Assembly: GCA_020853995.1 (NCBI GenBank)
Contig: JADYXV010000020.1
Span: 1 to 36,396 of the forward strand
Length of the DNA stretch: 36,396 nucleotides
Direction: 5' to 3'
Source: Novosphingobium sp.
Lineage (GTDB): Bacteria > Pseudomonadota > Alphaproteobacteria > Sphingomonadales > Sphingomonadaceae
In this document: positions 28,399-36,396 of the stretch, one piece after another
How positions within the stretch are numbered: position 1 is the first letter of the stretch
Layout of the letters: each line of letters begins with the position of its first letter
Notes under the pieces: model-generated
The model's database searches: none
Told to the model about the DNA's origin: nothing
What the model saw: only the letters and a program-made list of their open reading frames with translations
Position numbers and translations under genes: made by a program

Positions 28399-28538
28399 GC
28401 ATTTCAAAAGGGGGCCTTGGCGTTTGGTCCGATATGATCCCATCTCGGTCATGGACGGGAAGACGGACCAGACCGATTGCTGTAACGCTTGCGTCAAATA
28501 TAAACCGAAAACTGACGCAGGGGACGCGGGCGACATCA

Positions 28539-29219
28539 ATGGACAGCACCATCATTCACATGGCCATCGCCATGGCCAGCTTTGTTATTTCCCATTTCCT
28601 GATGTCAGGGCCATTGCGGCGGCCCCTGATTTCGGCCTTGGGCGCGCAACCATTCCTGCTGTGCTATTCGCTGGTTTCGCTGGGCACATTCGCATGGGCC
28701 GCCGTGGCCTATGACCGGGCGTCTGCAACCGCGCCGCTGTGGAATGGCATGCACCCTCTCGCATGGATCGCTGGCAGCATCCTGACCATCATTGCGCTGG
28801 CGCTGATTCTGCCTTCGTTTGTGCGAAATCCGGCCCTGCCCGGTGCCAAGGCTGCTGGACTGGGCACGGTTGTTCCCACCGGCGTGTTCACCATCACCCG
28901 TCACCCGATGATGTGGGGCTTCAGCCTTTGGGCCTTGGGGCACATCATCGTTGCACCCGAACTGCGCGTGATGATTTTCATGGGATCGCTAATCCTGCTC
29001 GGCCTGCTCGGCTCACACTTTCAGGACCAGCGCAAACTTGCCGAAAACACGCGCGAGTTTGAACCGTGGCAGCGCCGCACATCGTTCTGGCCCGACGTTC
29101 GCCAATTCATGCGGCTCAAGGCGACATGGCTGGTCGCAGCGGTGCTATGGTTCATCGCCACCGTGGTCCACTGGGAAGCGTTCGGCATCCCCGCAGGCCC
29201 GTGGCTCTGGCTTGGCTAA
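28539..29219 (+). CDS. NnrU family membrane protein
   Basis: SHFLMS..LRRPLI, ITRHPMMWG..LWALGH and RTSFWP motifs. ATG at 28539. Confidence 0.85.
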   Translation: MDSTIIHMAIAMASFVISHFLMSGPLRRPLISALGAQPFLLCYSLVSLGTFAWAAVAYDRASATAPLWNGMHPLAWIAGSILTIIALALILPSFVRNPALPGAKAAGLGTVVPTGVFTITRHPMMWGFSLWALGHIIVAPELRVMIFMGSLILLGLLGSHFQDQRKLAENTREFEPWQRRTSFWPDVRQFMRLKATWLVAAVLWFIATVVHWEAFGIPAGPWLWLG

Positions 29220-29250
29220 TCCTGTAAATCTAATATTCGCACCATTACTC

Positions 29251-29336
29251 CGTCTCCCCGGGCTTGACCCGGGGCCCAGCTTCTTTTCGACGTGGCAAAA
29301 AAAGCAGCGAGTTCCCGCATCAAGCCCGGGATGACG
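29251..29336. repeat. Alphaproteobacterial REP-like composite palindrome between convergent genes
   Basis: CGTCTCCCCGGGCTTGACCCGGGG ... CCCGCATCAAGCCCGGGATGACG, an inverted pair with CGTC/GACG ends. Confidence 0.75.
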
Positions 29337-29379
29337 ACAATGTAATGAACTTCAATTCAATGGCACTCGCGCCACTGCC

Positions 29380-31302
29380 TCAGGCGCGGGCTTCGCCAAC
29401 TCCGGCGCTGTTGTGGCGCAAGGCTTTCAGCACGGTTTCCACAATATGCGGCGCGTTCAGCCCCGCCTCGTCATATTGCTTGTCCGGCGCACCGTGGTCC
29501 TGAAACACATCGGGCAGGCGCATCGTGCGGATTTTCAGGCCGGCATCGGTCAGCCCTTCATCGCTGGCAAGCGTCAGCACATGCGCGCCAAGCCCGCCGA
29601 TCGACCCTTCTTCCACCGTGATGATCACTTCATGCGTGATCATCAACTGGCGGATCAGCGCCTCGTCCAGCGGTTTGGCAAAGCGCAAGTCGGCAACCGT
29701 GGTGGAAAGGCCCTTGGCCTCCAGCTGGTCAGCCGCCTTCATCGCCTCGGCCAGACGCGTGCCGAGCGATAACAGCGCCACCTTTGAACCGTGGCGCACG
29801 ATCCGGCCCTTGCCGATTTCCAGCCGTTCCAGCACTTCTGGCATGGCAACGCCGGTGCCGTTTCCACGCGGATAGCGGAACGCAATCGGCCCGCTATCGT
29901 GGCAGGCTGCGGTATAAGTCATATGCGCCAGTTCGGCTTCGTCAGCCGCCGCCATAACCACCAGATTGGGCAGCGTTGCCAGATAGGTAATATCAAACGA
30001 TCCGGCGTGTGTCGCACCATCGGCCCCGACCAGTCCGGCGCGGTCAATCGCAAAGCGGACGGGCAGGTTCTGGATTGCAACGTCATGCACAACCTGGTCG
30101 AATGCGCGTTGCAGGAACGTGGAATAGATGGCGCAGAACGGGCGCATGCCTTCTGCGGCAAGCCCTGCGGCAAATGTCACCGCATGCTGTTCGGCAATGC
30201 CCACATCGAACGTCCGGTCAGGATGGGCCGTGGCAAATTTGTCCACGCCGGTGCCACCGGGCATGGCTGCGGTAATCGCACAAATGCGCGGATCACTGTC
30301 GGCCAGCTTGGCCAATGTTTCGCCAAACACGTTCTGGTATGCAGGGGCAGATGCCTTGGCCTTGACCTGTTCGCCTGTTCCCACATCGAACTTCTGCACG
30401 CCATGATACTTGTCAGCCGCCGCTTCCGCAGGGCCATAACCCTTGCCCTTTTGCGTCACCACATGGATCAGGCACGGGCCTTCGGCGGCATCACGCACAT
30501 TTTCCAGAATGGGGATCAACTGGTCGATGTTGTGGCCATCAATCGGGCCGACGTAATAGAAGCCCAGTTCTTCAAACAGTGTGCCGCCCATCGCCATGCC
30601 GCGCGCAAACTCGTCGGTTTTGCGGGCCGCTTCGTGCAAGGGGCGGGGCAGTTTTTGCGCAAGACGGCGCACGATTTCGCGCATGCCCAGGAACGGGCGC
30701 GACGATACCAGCCGTGCCAGATAGGCCGAAAGCCCGCCCACCGGCGGCGCAATCGACATATCGTTATCATTGAGGATCACGACGAGCCGGTTGCCCGCCG
30801 CCTGCGCGTTGTTCATCGCCTCATAGGCCATGCCCGCGCTCATCGCACCGTCACCGATCACGGCAATGCCCCGACCCGGGCGATTCGTCATCTTGTTGGC
30901 AATGGCAAAGCCCAGCGCGGCCGAGATCGACGTTGAAGAATGCGCGGTGCCGAACGGGTCGTATTCGCTCTCGCTGCGCTTGGTAAAGCCGGAAAGCCCG
31001 CCGGGCTGGCGCAACGTGCGGATGCGGTCACGCCGTCCGGTGATGATCTTGTGCGGATAGGCTTGATGGCCCACATCCCAGATCAACCGGTCTTCGGGCG
31101 TATTGAACACGTAATGCAGCGCCACAGTCAATTCGACCACACCAAGGCCGGAACCCAGATGGCCGCCGGTCGTGCCAACCGCCGAGATCATTTCCGCGCG
31201 CAGTTCATCGGCCAGCTGACGAAGCTGGGTCGGCGCAAGCATGCGAAGGTCTGCGGGATTATCAACCGTGTCGAGCAACGGTGTCGCCAGTACTGGACTC
31301 AT
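29380..31302 (-). CDS. dxs: 1-deoxy-D-xylulose-5-phosphate synthase
   Basis: [41 protein letters not shown] and [13 protein letters not shown]. Confidence 0.97.
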   Translation of the reverse strand: MSPVLATPLLDTVDNPADLRMLAPTQLRQLADELRAEMISAVGTTGGHLGSGLGVVELTVALHYVFNTPEDRLIWDVGHQAYPHKIITGRRDRIRTLRQPGGLSGFTKRSESEYDPFGTAHSSTSISAALGFAIANKMTNRPGRGIAVIGDGAMSAGMAYEAMNNAQAAGNRLVVILNDNDMSIAPPVGGLSAYLARLVSSRPFLGMREIVRRLAQKLPRPLHEAARKTDEFARGMAMGGTLFEELGFYYVGPIDGHNIDQLIPILENVRDAAEGPCLIHVVTQKGKGYGPAEAAADKYHGVQKFDVGTGEQVKAKASAPAYQNVFGETLAKLADSDPRICAITAAMPGGTGVDKFATAHPDRTFDVGIAEQHAVTFAAGLAAEGMRPFCAIYSTFLQRAFDQVVHDVAIQNLPVRFAIDRAGLVGADGATHAGSFDITYLATLPNLVVMAAADEAELAHMTYTAACHDSGPIAFRYPRGNGTGVAMPEVLERLEIGKGRIVRHGSKVALLSLGTRLAEAMKAADQLEAKGLSTTVADLRFAKPLDEALIRQLMITHEVIITVEEGSIGGLGAHVLTLASDEGLTDAGLKIRTMRLPDVFQDHGAPDKQYDEAGLNAPHIVETVLKALRHNSAGVGEARA

Positions 31303-31398
31303 TTCTAATTCTCTACACCGTTGCATTCGTCGTGTCGAACTTCCCGTATAGGCAAACTGTCATCGTTTGAAAGAGGCATGTGAAAGGGGCACAGGCGC

Positions 31399-31869
31399 TT
31401 ATTCGCCTTCGCCGCACCGGCTGCACAATCCGCGCAGTTCCACCACCGGACGCACTTCGGCAAAGCCCGAAATTTGCGCCGCCGCGCGCAAGGCTCCGGT
31501 CAAGCTGTCATCATCGATATGCGTCACCGCACCGCACGTATCGCAGATCAGGAAAATGCAGTCATGGCGGCATCCGGGATGGCTATTGGCCACATAGGCG
31601 TTCGCGCTTTCGATCCGCCGCGCCAGATTGGTGCGCACAAACAGGTCAAGGATGCGGTACACCGAATTGGCCGCTACCCGCTTGCCCCGGCTGGCCCCCA
31701 CGCTCTCGGCAATATCATAGGCCGAGGCCGGTTTTTCGCGCGCCGCCAGCGCCGCAAACACATCGGCCCGCATATCGGTCCACTGCTCGCCTGCTTCGAC
31801 AAGCGCATGGCGCGCAGCGTCAACCAGCTTTTCGCCAGCGAAATCGTGGTGGTGATGGTGCCCGGACAT
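31399..31869 (-). CDS. Fur family regulator, Zur-like
   Basis: SAYDI, SVYRILD, two CxxC motifs and a His-rich N-terminus (GHHHHHD). Confidence 0.88.
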   Translation of the reverse strand: MSGHHHHHDFAGEKLVDAARHALVEAGEQWTDMRADVFAALAAREKPASAYDIAESVGASRGKRVAANSVYRILDLFVRTNLARRIESANAYVANSHPGCRHDCIFLICDTCGAVTHIDDDSLTGALRAAAQISGFAEVRPVVELRGLCSRCGEGE

Positions 31870-31905
31870 GGAGCCTAGATAGGCACCGCCCGCCCAAAGC
31901 GCAAA

Positions 31906-32583
31906 TCAGTTGCGCGTAAACACCGTCTTGTACAGATCGGGGAACATCCGCTTCAACGCCGCCACCTTGGGCGCATCCCACCGGCGGATATAGCCATGGT
32001 TCGGATTGTTGACCATGAAATCCTGATGATAGCTCTCGGCCGGATAAAACGCCTTGTACGGTTCCACCGTCGTCACCACCGGCTTCTTCCACAAGTCCAG
32101 CCGCTTCAATTGCGCCAGATACCCCGCCGCGATGCGCACCTGCTCTTTGTCCATCGGCACCAATGCATTGCGATATTGCGTGCCGTGATCGGGCCCTTGA
32201 TAATTCAGCTGCGTCGGGTTTGCCCCCACTGCAAAGAACACGCGCAGCAACTGGTCATAGCGGATCTTTGCAGGGTCATACGTGACGCGCACCGCCTCGG
32301 CATGGCCGGTCCGTCCGGTGCCGACGGTGTCGTAAAGGGCGTCCTTCTTGGCCCCGCCGTGATAGCCTGAAACGACGCTGGTCACGCCCTTCAAATGGCT
32401 GAACACGCCTTCGATGCCCCAGAAGCAGCCGCCTGCAAACACGGCCACTTTCTTGCCGGGCGTCTCATTGGCTTGCACCGCAGCTGCAGGTGTTGCCATC
32501 ACCTCTTCGGCAAGCGCGGTCTGCTGGCACCCAGCAGTCATCACCCCCACCGCGATCAATGCAGCAAGGGCGTGCCGCGCCAT
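31906..32583 (-). CDS. msrA: Peptide-methionine (S)-S-oxide reductase with export signal
   Basis: GGCFWG, TGHAEAV, QGPDHGTQYR and AESYHQDF. Hydrophobic N-terminal signal. Confidence 0.93.
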   Translation of the reverse strand: MARHALAALIAVGVMTAGCQQTALAEEVMATPAAAVQANETPGKKVAVFAGGCFWGIEGVFSHLKGVTSVVSGYHGGAKKDALYDTVGTGRTGHAEAVRVTYDPAKIRYDQLLRVFFAVGANPTQLNYQGPDHGTQYRNALVPMDKEQVRIAAGYLAQLKRLDLWKKPVVTTVEPYKAFYPAESYHQDFMVNNPNHGYIRRWDAPKVAALKRMFPDLYKTVFTRN

Positions 32584-32584
32584 G

Positions 32585-32716
32585 TTACTGGCCAACCTGT
32601 TCGGTCGAATCCGCAGACGCAAACGCCGTGGCCCCCGCCGTCAGGCCCATCACCGCAATGCCCATAAGGAAGCCGAATGCCAGTGATCGGAAAAAGTCAG
32701 GCTTGAACAGGCCCAT
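32585..32716 (-). CDS. Putative 43-aa small membrane or secreted protein
   Basis: MGLFKPDFFRSLAFGFLMGIAVMGLTAG..., one hydrophobic helix. Stop lies 1 nt before the msrA ATG. Confidence 0.6.
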   Translation of the reverse strand: MGLFKPDFFRSLAFGFLMGIAVMGLTAGATAFASADSTEQVGQ

Positions 32717-32859
32717 CGTCGTGCTTTCAAATTGCGGTCGGGTAACGTCAGACCCTGCATTGCCCAACGCAGTCTTAACGCGCGATGACGCCATGCACAG
32801 CTGCACTTTGATGCCGACCCTCTTTCCGCAAAGCGTTGCTTGCCTGCGGCAGGCCGATT

Positions 32860-33636
32860 CTACGGGCGCAATTGCACCCAGACGGGCGCATGATCGCTCG
32901 CCTTTTCGCGCCCGCGATAGTCCTTGTCCACGCCCGCTGCGATCAACCTGTCCGCCAGTTCGGGTGAAAGCAGCGCATGATCGATGCGGAAACCGTGGTC
33001 CCTCTGCCAGGCCCCTGCCTGATAATCCCAGAACGTCCACACCCTGCCTTCCGGATTGAACAGATCAATCGCATCGGTCCAGCCATCGTTGAGCAACCGG
33101 CGATAGGCATCGCGTGATTCAGGCTGCATCAGCGCATCATCGGCCATTGCCTTGACCGAATAGGTATCTTTGTCTTCAGGGATCACATTGTAATCGCCAA
33201 TCACCAGCGCAGGCACTTCTTCGGCGGCAATCTGCGCCATCCGCGCGCGCAGCCGCTCCATCCAGCGCAGCTTGTAATCAAACTTCGGCCCCGGTTGCGG
33301 GTTGCCATTGGGCAAATAGATGCACGCCACGCGCACGCCGAACACATCGGCCTCAAGATAGCGCGAATGCTCGTCCTCAGGTTCCCCCGCCAGCCCGCGC
33401 TGCACCTCTACCGGCTGCTGTCCGTCAGCCAGGATGGCAACGCCGTTAAAGCCCTTCTGCCCGTGCCAGATCGCGTGATAACCGATCTTTTCGAACTCGG
33501 CTGCGGGAAAGCCCTCGTCCTGCGTCTTGATCTCTTGCAAACACGCAACAGATGGCCGGGTTTCCTCCAGCCATTCCAGCAAGCGTGGCAACCGGGCCTT
33601 GATCCCGTTGATATTGAACGATGCAACCTTGATCAT
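32860..33636 (-). CDS. xth: Exodeoxyribonuclease III
   Basis: SFNING, LQEIK, YLPNGNP, GDYN, RIDH and SDHAP motifs. Confidence 0.95.
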   Translation of the reverse strand: MIKVASFNINGIKARLPRLLEWLEETRPSVACLQEIKTQDEGFPAAEFEKIGYHAIWHGQKGFNGVAILADGQQPVEVQRGLAGEPEDEHSRYLEADVFGVRVACIYLPNGNPQPGPKFDYKLRWMERLRARMAQIAAEEVPALVIGDYNVIPEDKDTYSVKAMADDALMQPESRDAYRRLLNDGWTDAIDLFNPEGRVWTFWDYQAGAWQRDHGFRIDHALLSPELADRLIAAGVDKDYRGREKASDHAPVWVQLRP

Positions 33637-33965
33637 ATGGCGAACGAGGAACCGCAGCCACAGCCCGATGCCGCTTGCGGGTTGCTCACCCGGAAAGCCG
33701 CGCCGCCCAGCGATTCCACATATTCCACCACGCTGCCTTCCAGCAGGCCAAGGCTCACCGAATCGACCAGCAGTTTCACGCCTTCGGTCTCGGCAATTAT
33801 GTCATCCGCTTCCGGCGCATCGGCCAAGCCGAACTTGTATTGAAAGCCCGAACAACCGCCCCCCTCGACCGACAACCGCAGGATTGCAGGCTTGTCCTGC
33901 TTGGCCGCAATGGTGGCAACGCGCGCGGCGGCGCTTGGGGCGAGCGAGATGACAGGTTCAGACAT
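33633..33965 (-). CDS. erpA: A-type Fe-S carrier (HesB/IscA/ErpA family)
   Basis: GGGCSGFQY and CGCGSSF motifs. ATGA overlap with xth. Confidence 0.88.
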   Translation of the reverse strand: MSEPVISLAPSAAARVATIAAKQDKPAILRLSVEGGGCSGFQYKFGLADAPEADDIIAETEGVKLLVDSVSLGLLEGSVVEYVESLGGAAFRVSNPQAASGCGCGSSFAI

Positions 33966-34034
33966 GGGCACAAGATAGGGGCTATGCAGCCAAACCTCAA
34001 CGCCTGAACCATACAGCGCCGGATTAGCCCCGGA

Positions 34035-34328
34035 TTAGCCGTTATGCATATCCTCGAACGGGTCTTCGATCGATTCATCGTGGCCCGTTCCGCTGGACAG
34101 GAAAACCAGTCCCATCAGGGCGGCCATCAACATGATCGTCAATCCCACACCCAAAGCCGTGGCGATGTACAAGTGGATCGAGACAAACCCGTACCAGAAA
34201 TAAAGCAGCACCAGCACCGCCAGCACGACAAGGCCGGCAAAAGCGCCCATCCACTTCATCAGCAGACGATAACGCGCCCACGCAAAGCTCGCGTTGACGG
34301 GATCATCCAAAGGAGAAAAGCTTGCCAT
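34035..34328 (-). CDS. Hypothetical two-TM membrane protein
   Basis: MASFSPLDDP, two hydrophobic helices and a C-terminal LVFLSSGTGHD. Fills the gap between known genes. Confidence 0.75.
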   Translation of the reverse strand: MASFSPLDDPVNASFAWARYRLLMKWMGAFAGLVVLAVLVLLYFWYGFVSIHLYIATALGVGLTIMLMAALMGLVFLSSGTGHDESIEDPFEDMHNG

Positions 34329-34472
34329 GACGGTCAGACCTTTGCGCATCAAAAATGGTGAAGGCAAATGCTTTCGCAAGGCCCGAATCGGTGGCATGAT
34401 CCAGCAGGGAGACCAATGGAACGCAAGACGCCCAAAGGCGCAGGCGCGACCATCAACCTATCGGAGGATGCC

Positions 34473-34901
34473 ATGACAATTGCCCAAGTTATTGCCGGAC
34501 GCGGTGAAGTGTGGAGCTGCAACGCCGATGACAACGTGTCGGACGCCATCACCATGCTGGCCCAGCACCGGATCGGCGCGCTTCCCGTGCGTGATGGCGA
34601 AACGGGTGTTGCGGGCATCTTTTCCGAACGCGACATGATGCGCTGCCTGCACAAACACGGCGAAGCTGCGTTGCACATGAAAGTGCGCGACATGATGACC
34701 GCGCCGGTCATCACCATCACGTCGGGCACCTCCGTGCTCGAAGCGCTCGCCCTGATGACCCAGCGCCGCTTCCGCCACTTGCCCGTAGTCGATGGCGGCA
34801 CGATGGTCGCCTTCGTCTCGATCGGAGATCTGGTAAAATACCGCATCGACAAGATCGAAGCCGAAGCCGACGCCATGCGGTCCTATATCCAGCAGGCCTG
34901 A
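34473..34901 (+). CDS. CBS-domain pair protein
   Basis: IGALPV, GIFSERD, RHLPVVD and SIGDLVK. GGAGG RBS. Confidence 0.92.
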   Translation: MTIAQVIAGRGEVWSCNADDNVSDAITMLAQHRIGALPVRDGETGVAGIFSERDMMRCLHKHGEAALHMKVRDMMTAPVITITSGTSVLEALALMTQRRFRHLPVVDGGTMVAFVSIGDLVKYRIDKIEAEADAMRSYIQQA

Positions 34902-34920
34902 ACTGCCGCCAGCGGAACAC

Positions 34921-34986
34921 CCCCTCCCTTAAAGGAGTGGCCACACCTTCTTCCCCCCTCCCTCAAGGGAGGGGTTGGGGGAGGGT
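34921..34986. repeat. CCCCTCCC...GGGAGGGG-type palindromic repeat, one intact and one degenerate hairpin
   Basis: CCCCTCCCT-CA-AGGGAGGGG at 34955-34974 with a G-rich tail, and a degenerate copy at 34921-34940. Lies between convergent genes. Confidence 0.65.
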
Positions 34987-35025
34987 TTACCACCTCTCAT
35001 TTGGCAAAAGATGCAAGCGCAGCAA

Positions 35026-36021
35026 TCAGCCCAGCCGCGCTGCCACCAGTTCCTGCAAATCCGCTTCCGGCCGCGCGCCGTAATGCGAAATGATCTCTGC
35101 CGCGCAGATCGCACCCAGCGTCAGGCAATCGGCCAATGAACGGCCGCGCACATGGCCGAACAGGAACCCTGCCGCAAACAGATCGCCCGCGCCTGTCGTG
35201 TCCACAACCTTGTCGATGGGCTCGGCAGGCACATGCGCGCTTTCCCCGCCGTTCACCGCATGGGCACCGTTTTCGCTGCGGGTCACCACCACGGTCGGCA
35301 CTTTGGCGGCCAGTTGTTCAAGCCCGGCGTGAAAATCCTCGACCCCCGTCAGCGCCGCCAATTCATGTTCGTTGGCAAACAGAATGTCGATCTCGCCTGC
35401 GTCGATCAGCGCGCGGAAATCATCACCATGACGCGAAATCACAAAGGCATCAGACAGCGTGAACGCCACTTTGCGCCCCGCATTGCGCGCGGCCGCAATC
35501 GCCCGCCGCATGGCCTTGCGCGGCTCTTCGGGGTCCCACAAATAGCCTTCCAGATACAGGATGCTGGCCGCCGCAATGGTCGCGTCATCCAGCGCCGTTG
35601 CGGGCAGGAATTGTGAAGCCCCCAGGAAAGTGTTCATCGTACGCTGGCCATCGGGCGTCACAAAGATCAGGCATCGCGCCGTTGGCGGATCGCTTTCGCG
35701 CGCGGCTGTATCAAAGGCGATGCCGCCCGCGCGAATGTCATGGGCAAACACTTCGCCCAACTGGTCGTCTGCAACCTGCCCGATGAACGCACATTTTGCC
35801 CCCAGCGCAGCAAGCCCTGCCAAAGTATTGGCGGCTGATCCGCCCGAAATCTCGCGCGCTGGTCCCATCGCTTCATACAATTCTTTGGCGCGGTCGGTAT
35901 CGACCAGCGTCATCACGCCTTTGGCCAGCCCAAGCTGTTCAATATCGGCATCATCACACGGTGCCATGACATCGACGATGGCGTTGCCGATGGCGATGAC
36001 GTCATAAAGCGGTTCGGACAT
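35026..36021 (-). CDS. PfkB family carbohydrate kinase, adenosine-kinase-like
   Basis: IGNAIVDV, GGSAANT, FANEHE and DTTGAGDLFAAGF motifs. Confidence 0.92.
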   Translation of the reverse strand: MSEPLYDVIAIGNAIVDVMAPCDDADIEQLGLAKGVMTLVDTDRAKELYEAMGPAREISGGSAANTLAGLAALGAKCAFIGQVADDQLGEVFAHDIRAGGIAFDTAARESDPPTARCLIFVTPDGQRTMNTFLGASQFLPATALDDATIAAASILYLEGYLWDPEEPRKAMRRAIAAARNAGRKVAFTLSDAFVISRHGDDFRALIDAGEIDILFANEHELAALTGVEDFHAGLEQLAAKVPTVVVTRSENGAHAVNGGESAHVPAEPIDKVVDTTGAGDLFAAGFLFGHVRGRSLADCLTLGAICAAEIISHYGARPEADLQELVAARLG

Positions 36022-36145
36022 TTGGCGCTGGTCCCGTTCAATCTGGTGCGTGAATATATGTTCGCGCACCGCCTAGCGACTTCGCCTGATTGCGGCAAGC
36101 GCAGCCAAGAGCCAGATGGAACTGAAGTTCATCTCATAAATTCTT

Positions 36146-36276
36146 CGTCATGCTGAACTTGTTTCAGCATCCATCGTGCCGCGCGCACTTGCGCCTCGCG
36201 GCAGCGCAGCGGCCCGGTTTGCTGCAATATTCGGGCGTAAGTGCGCGCGGAGGAATGGACCCTGAAACTAGTTCAG
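36146..36276. repeat. REP-like inverted pair whose right unit is truncated by an IS insertion
   Basis: CGTCATGCTGAACTTGTTTCAGCATCC ... GGACCCTGAAACTAGTTCAG. Symmetry stops abruptly after 36276. Confidence 0.8.
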
Positions 36277-36396
36277 CGACTGTCTTTGTGGTCAAGTGCT
36301 TTGCCATGTTTTTTGGGTCCTGATGATGGCGTTGCAGGTGATGAGGAGTTTTCGTGCGACGGCGATGAGCGCGACCTTTTTGGCTTTTCCGGCGGA
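36275..36396 (-). mobile_element. Right end of an IS110-family element (partial, runs off the window)
   Basis: Transposase C-terminus, then a 17-nt end finishing GACAGTCG-CT at the repeat junction. Confidence 0.85.
36292..36396 (-). CDS. IS110-family transposase/recombinase, C-terminal fragment (not in the ORF track)
   Basis: SAGKAKKVALIAVARKLLITCNAIIRTQKTWQST*, the typical GKxKKVALxAxxRKLL helix of IS110 proteins. Confidence 0.85.
   Translation of the reverse strand, partial: SAGKAKKVALIAVARKLLITCNAIIRTQKTWQST

Noticed and set aside
28485-28505. Possible FNR/NnrR box upstream of the NnrU gene
   Set aside because: TTGCGTCAAATATA does not fit TTG-N8-CAA.
27924-28538. Long N-terminal extension of the NnrU ORF
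   Set aside because: It overlaps the POT gene out of frame; NnrU-like sequence begins at 28539.
29791-30936. 381-aa plus-strand ORF
   Set aside because: It is an antisense shadow of dxs.
1-36396. CRISPR array, rRNA, riboswitch or prophage genes
   Set aside because: No regularly spaced direct repeats or recognisable signatures were seen by eye. A covariance-model search would be needed to exclude small RNAs.

Overview
This is GC-rich alphaproteobacterial chromosomal DNA. Gene content and repeat families point to Sphingomonadaceae, probably Novosphingobium-like (inference). From left to right it holds: (1) a catabolic cluster, with a TonB-dependent receptor interrupted by one in-frame TAG, divergent from an operon of HMG-CoA-lyase-family enzyme, two-subunit hydantoinase/oxoprolinase and class III CoA-transferase; (2) a PIN/VapC toxin-antitoxin pair with a near-palindromic operator; (3) purD and xseA, divergent with interlocked start codons, then DUF2093 and an M23 peptidase; (4) a large, lower-GC TonB-dependent receptor; (5) a translationally coupled operon of a UDP-galactopyranose-mutase-like flavoprotein, a GtrA flippase and an STT3/AglB-like GT-C membrane glycosyltransferase whose WWDYG motif is degenerate, the best candidate here for an undescribed system; (6) a tandem-PilZ protein; (7) a TonB receptor plus beta-propeller phytase behind a Pho-box-like array; (8) tRNA-Leu(TAA), ihfB, GntR, a POT transporter, NnrU, dxs, a Zur/Fur regulator, msrA, xth, an ErpA/IscA protein, a CBS protein and a PfkB/adenosine kinase; (9) several REP-like palindromes. 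At the right edge, the 3' end of an IS110-family recombinase gene sits at a CT dinucleotide inside one of these repeats. All calls come from reading motifs by eye; no searches were run.
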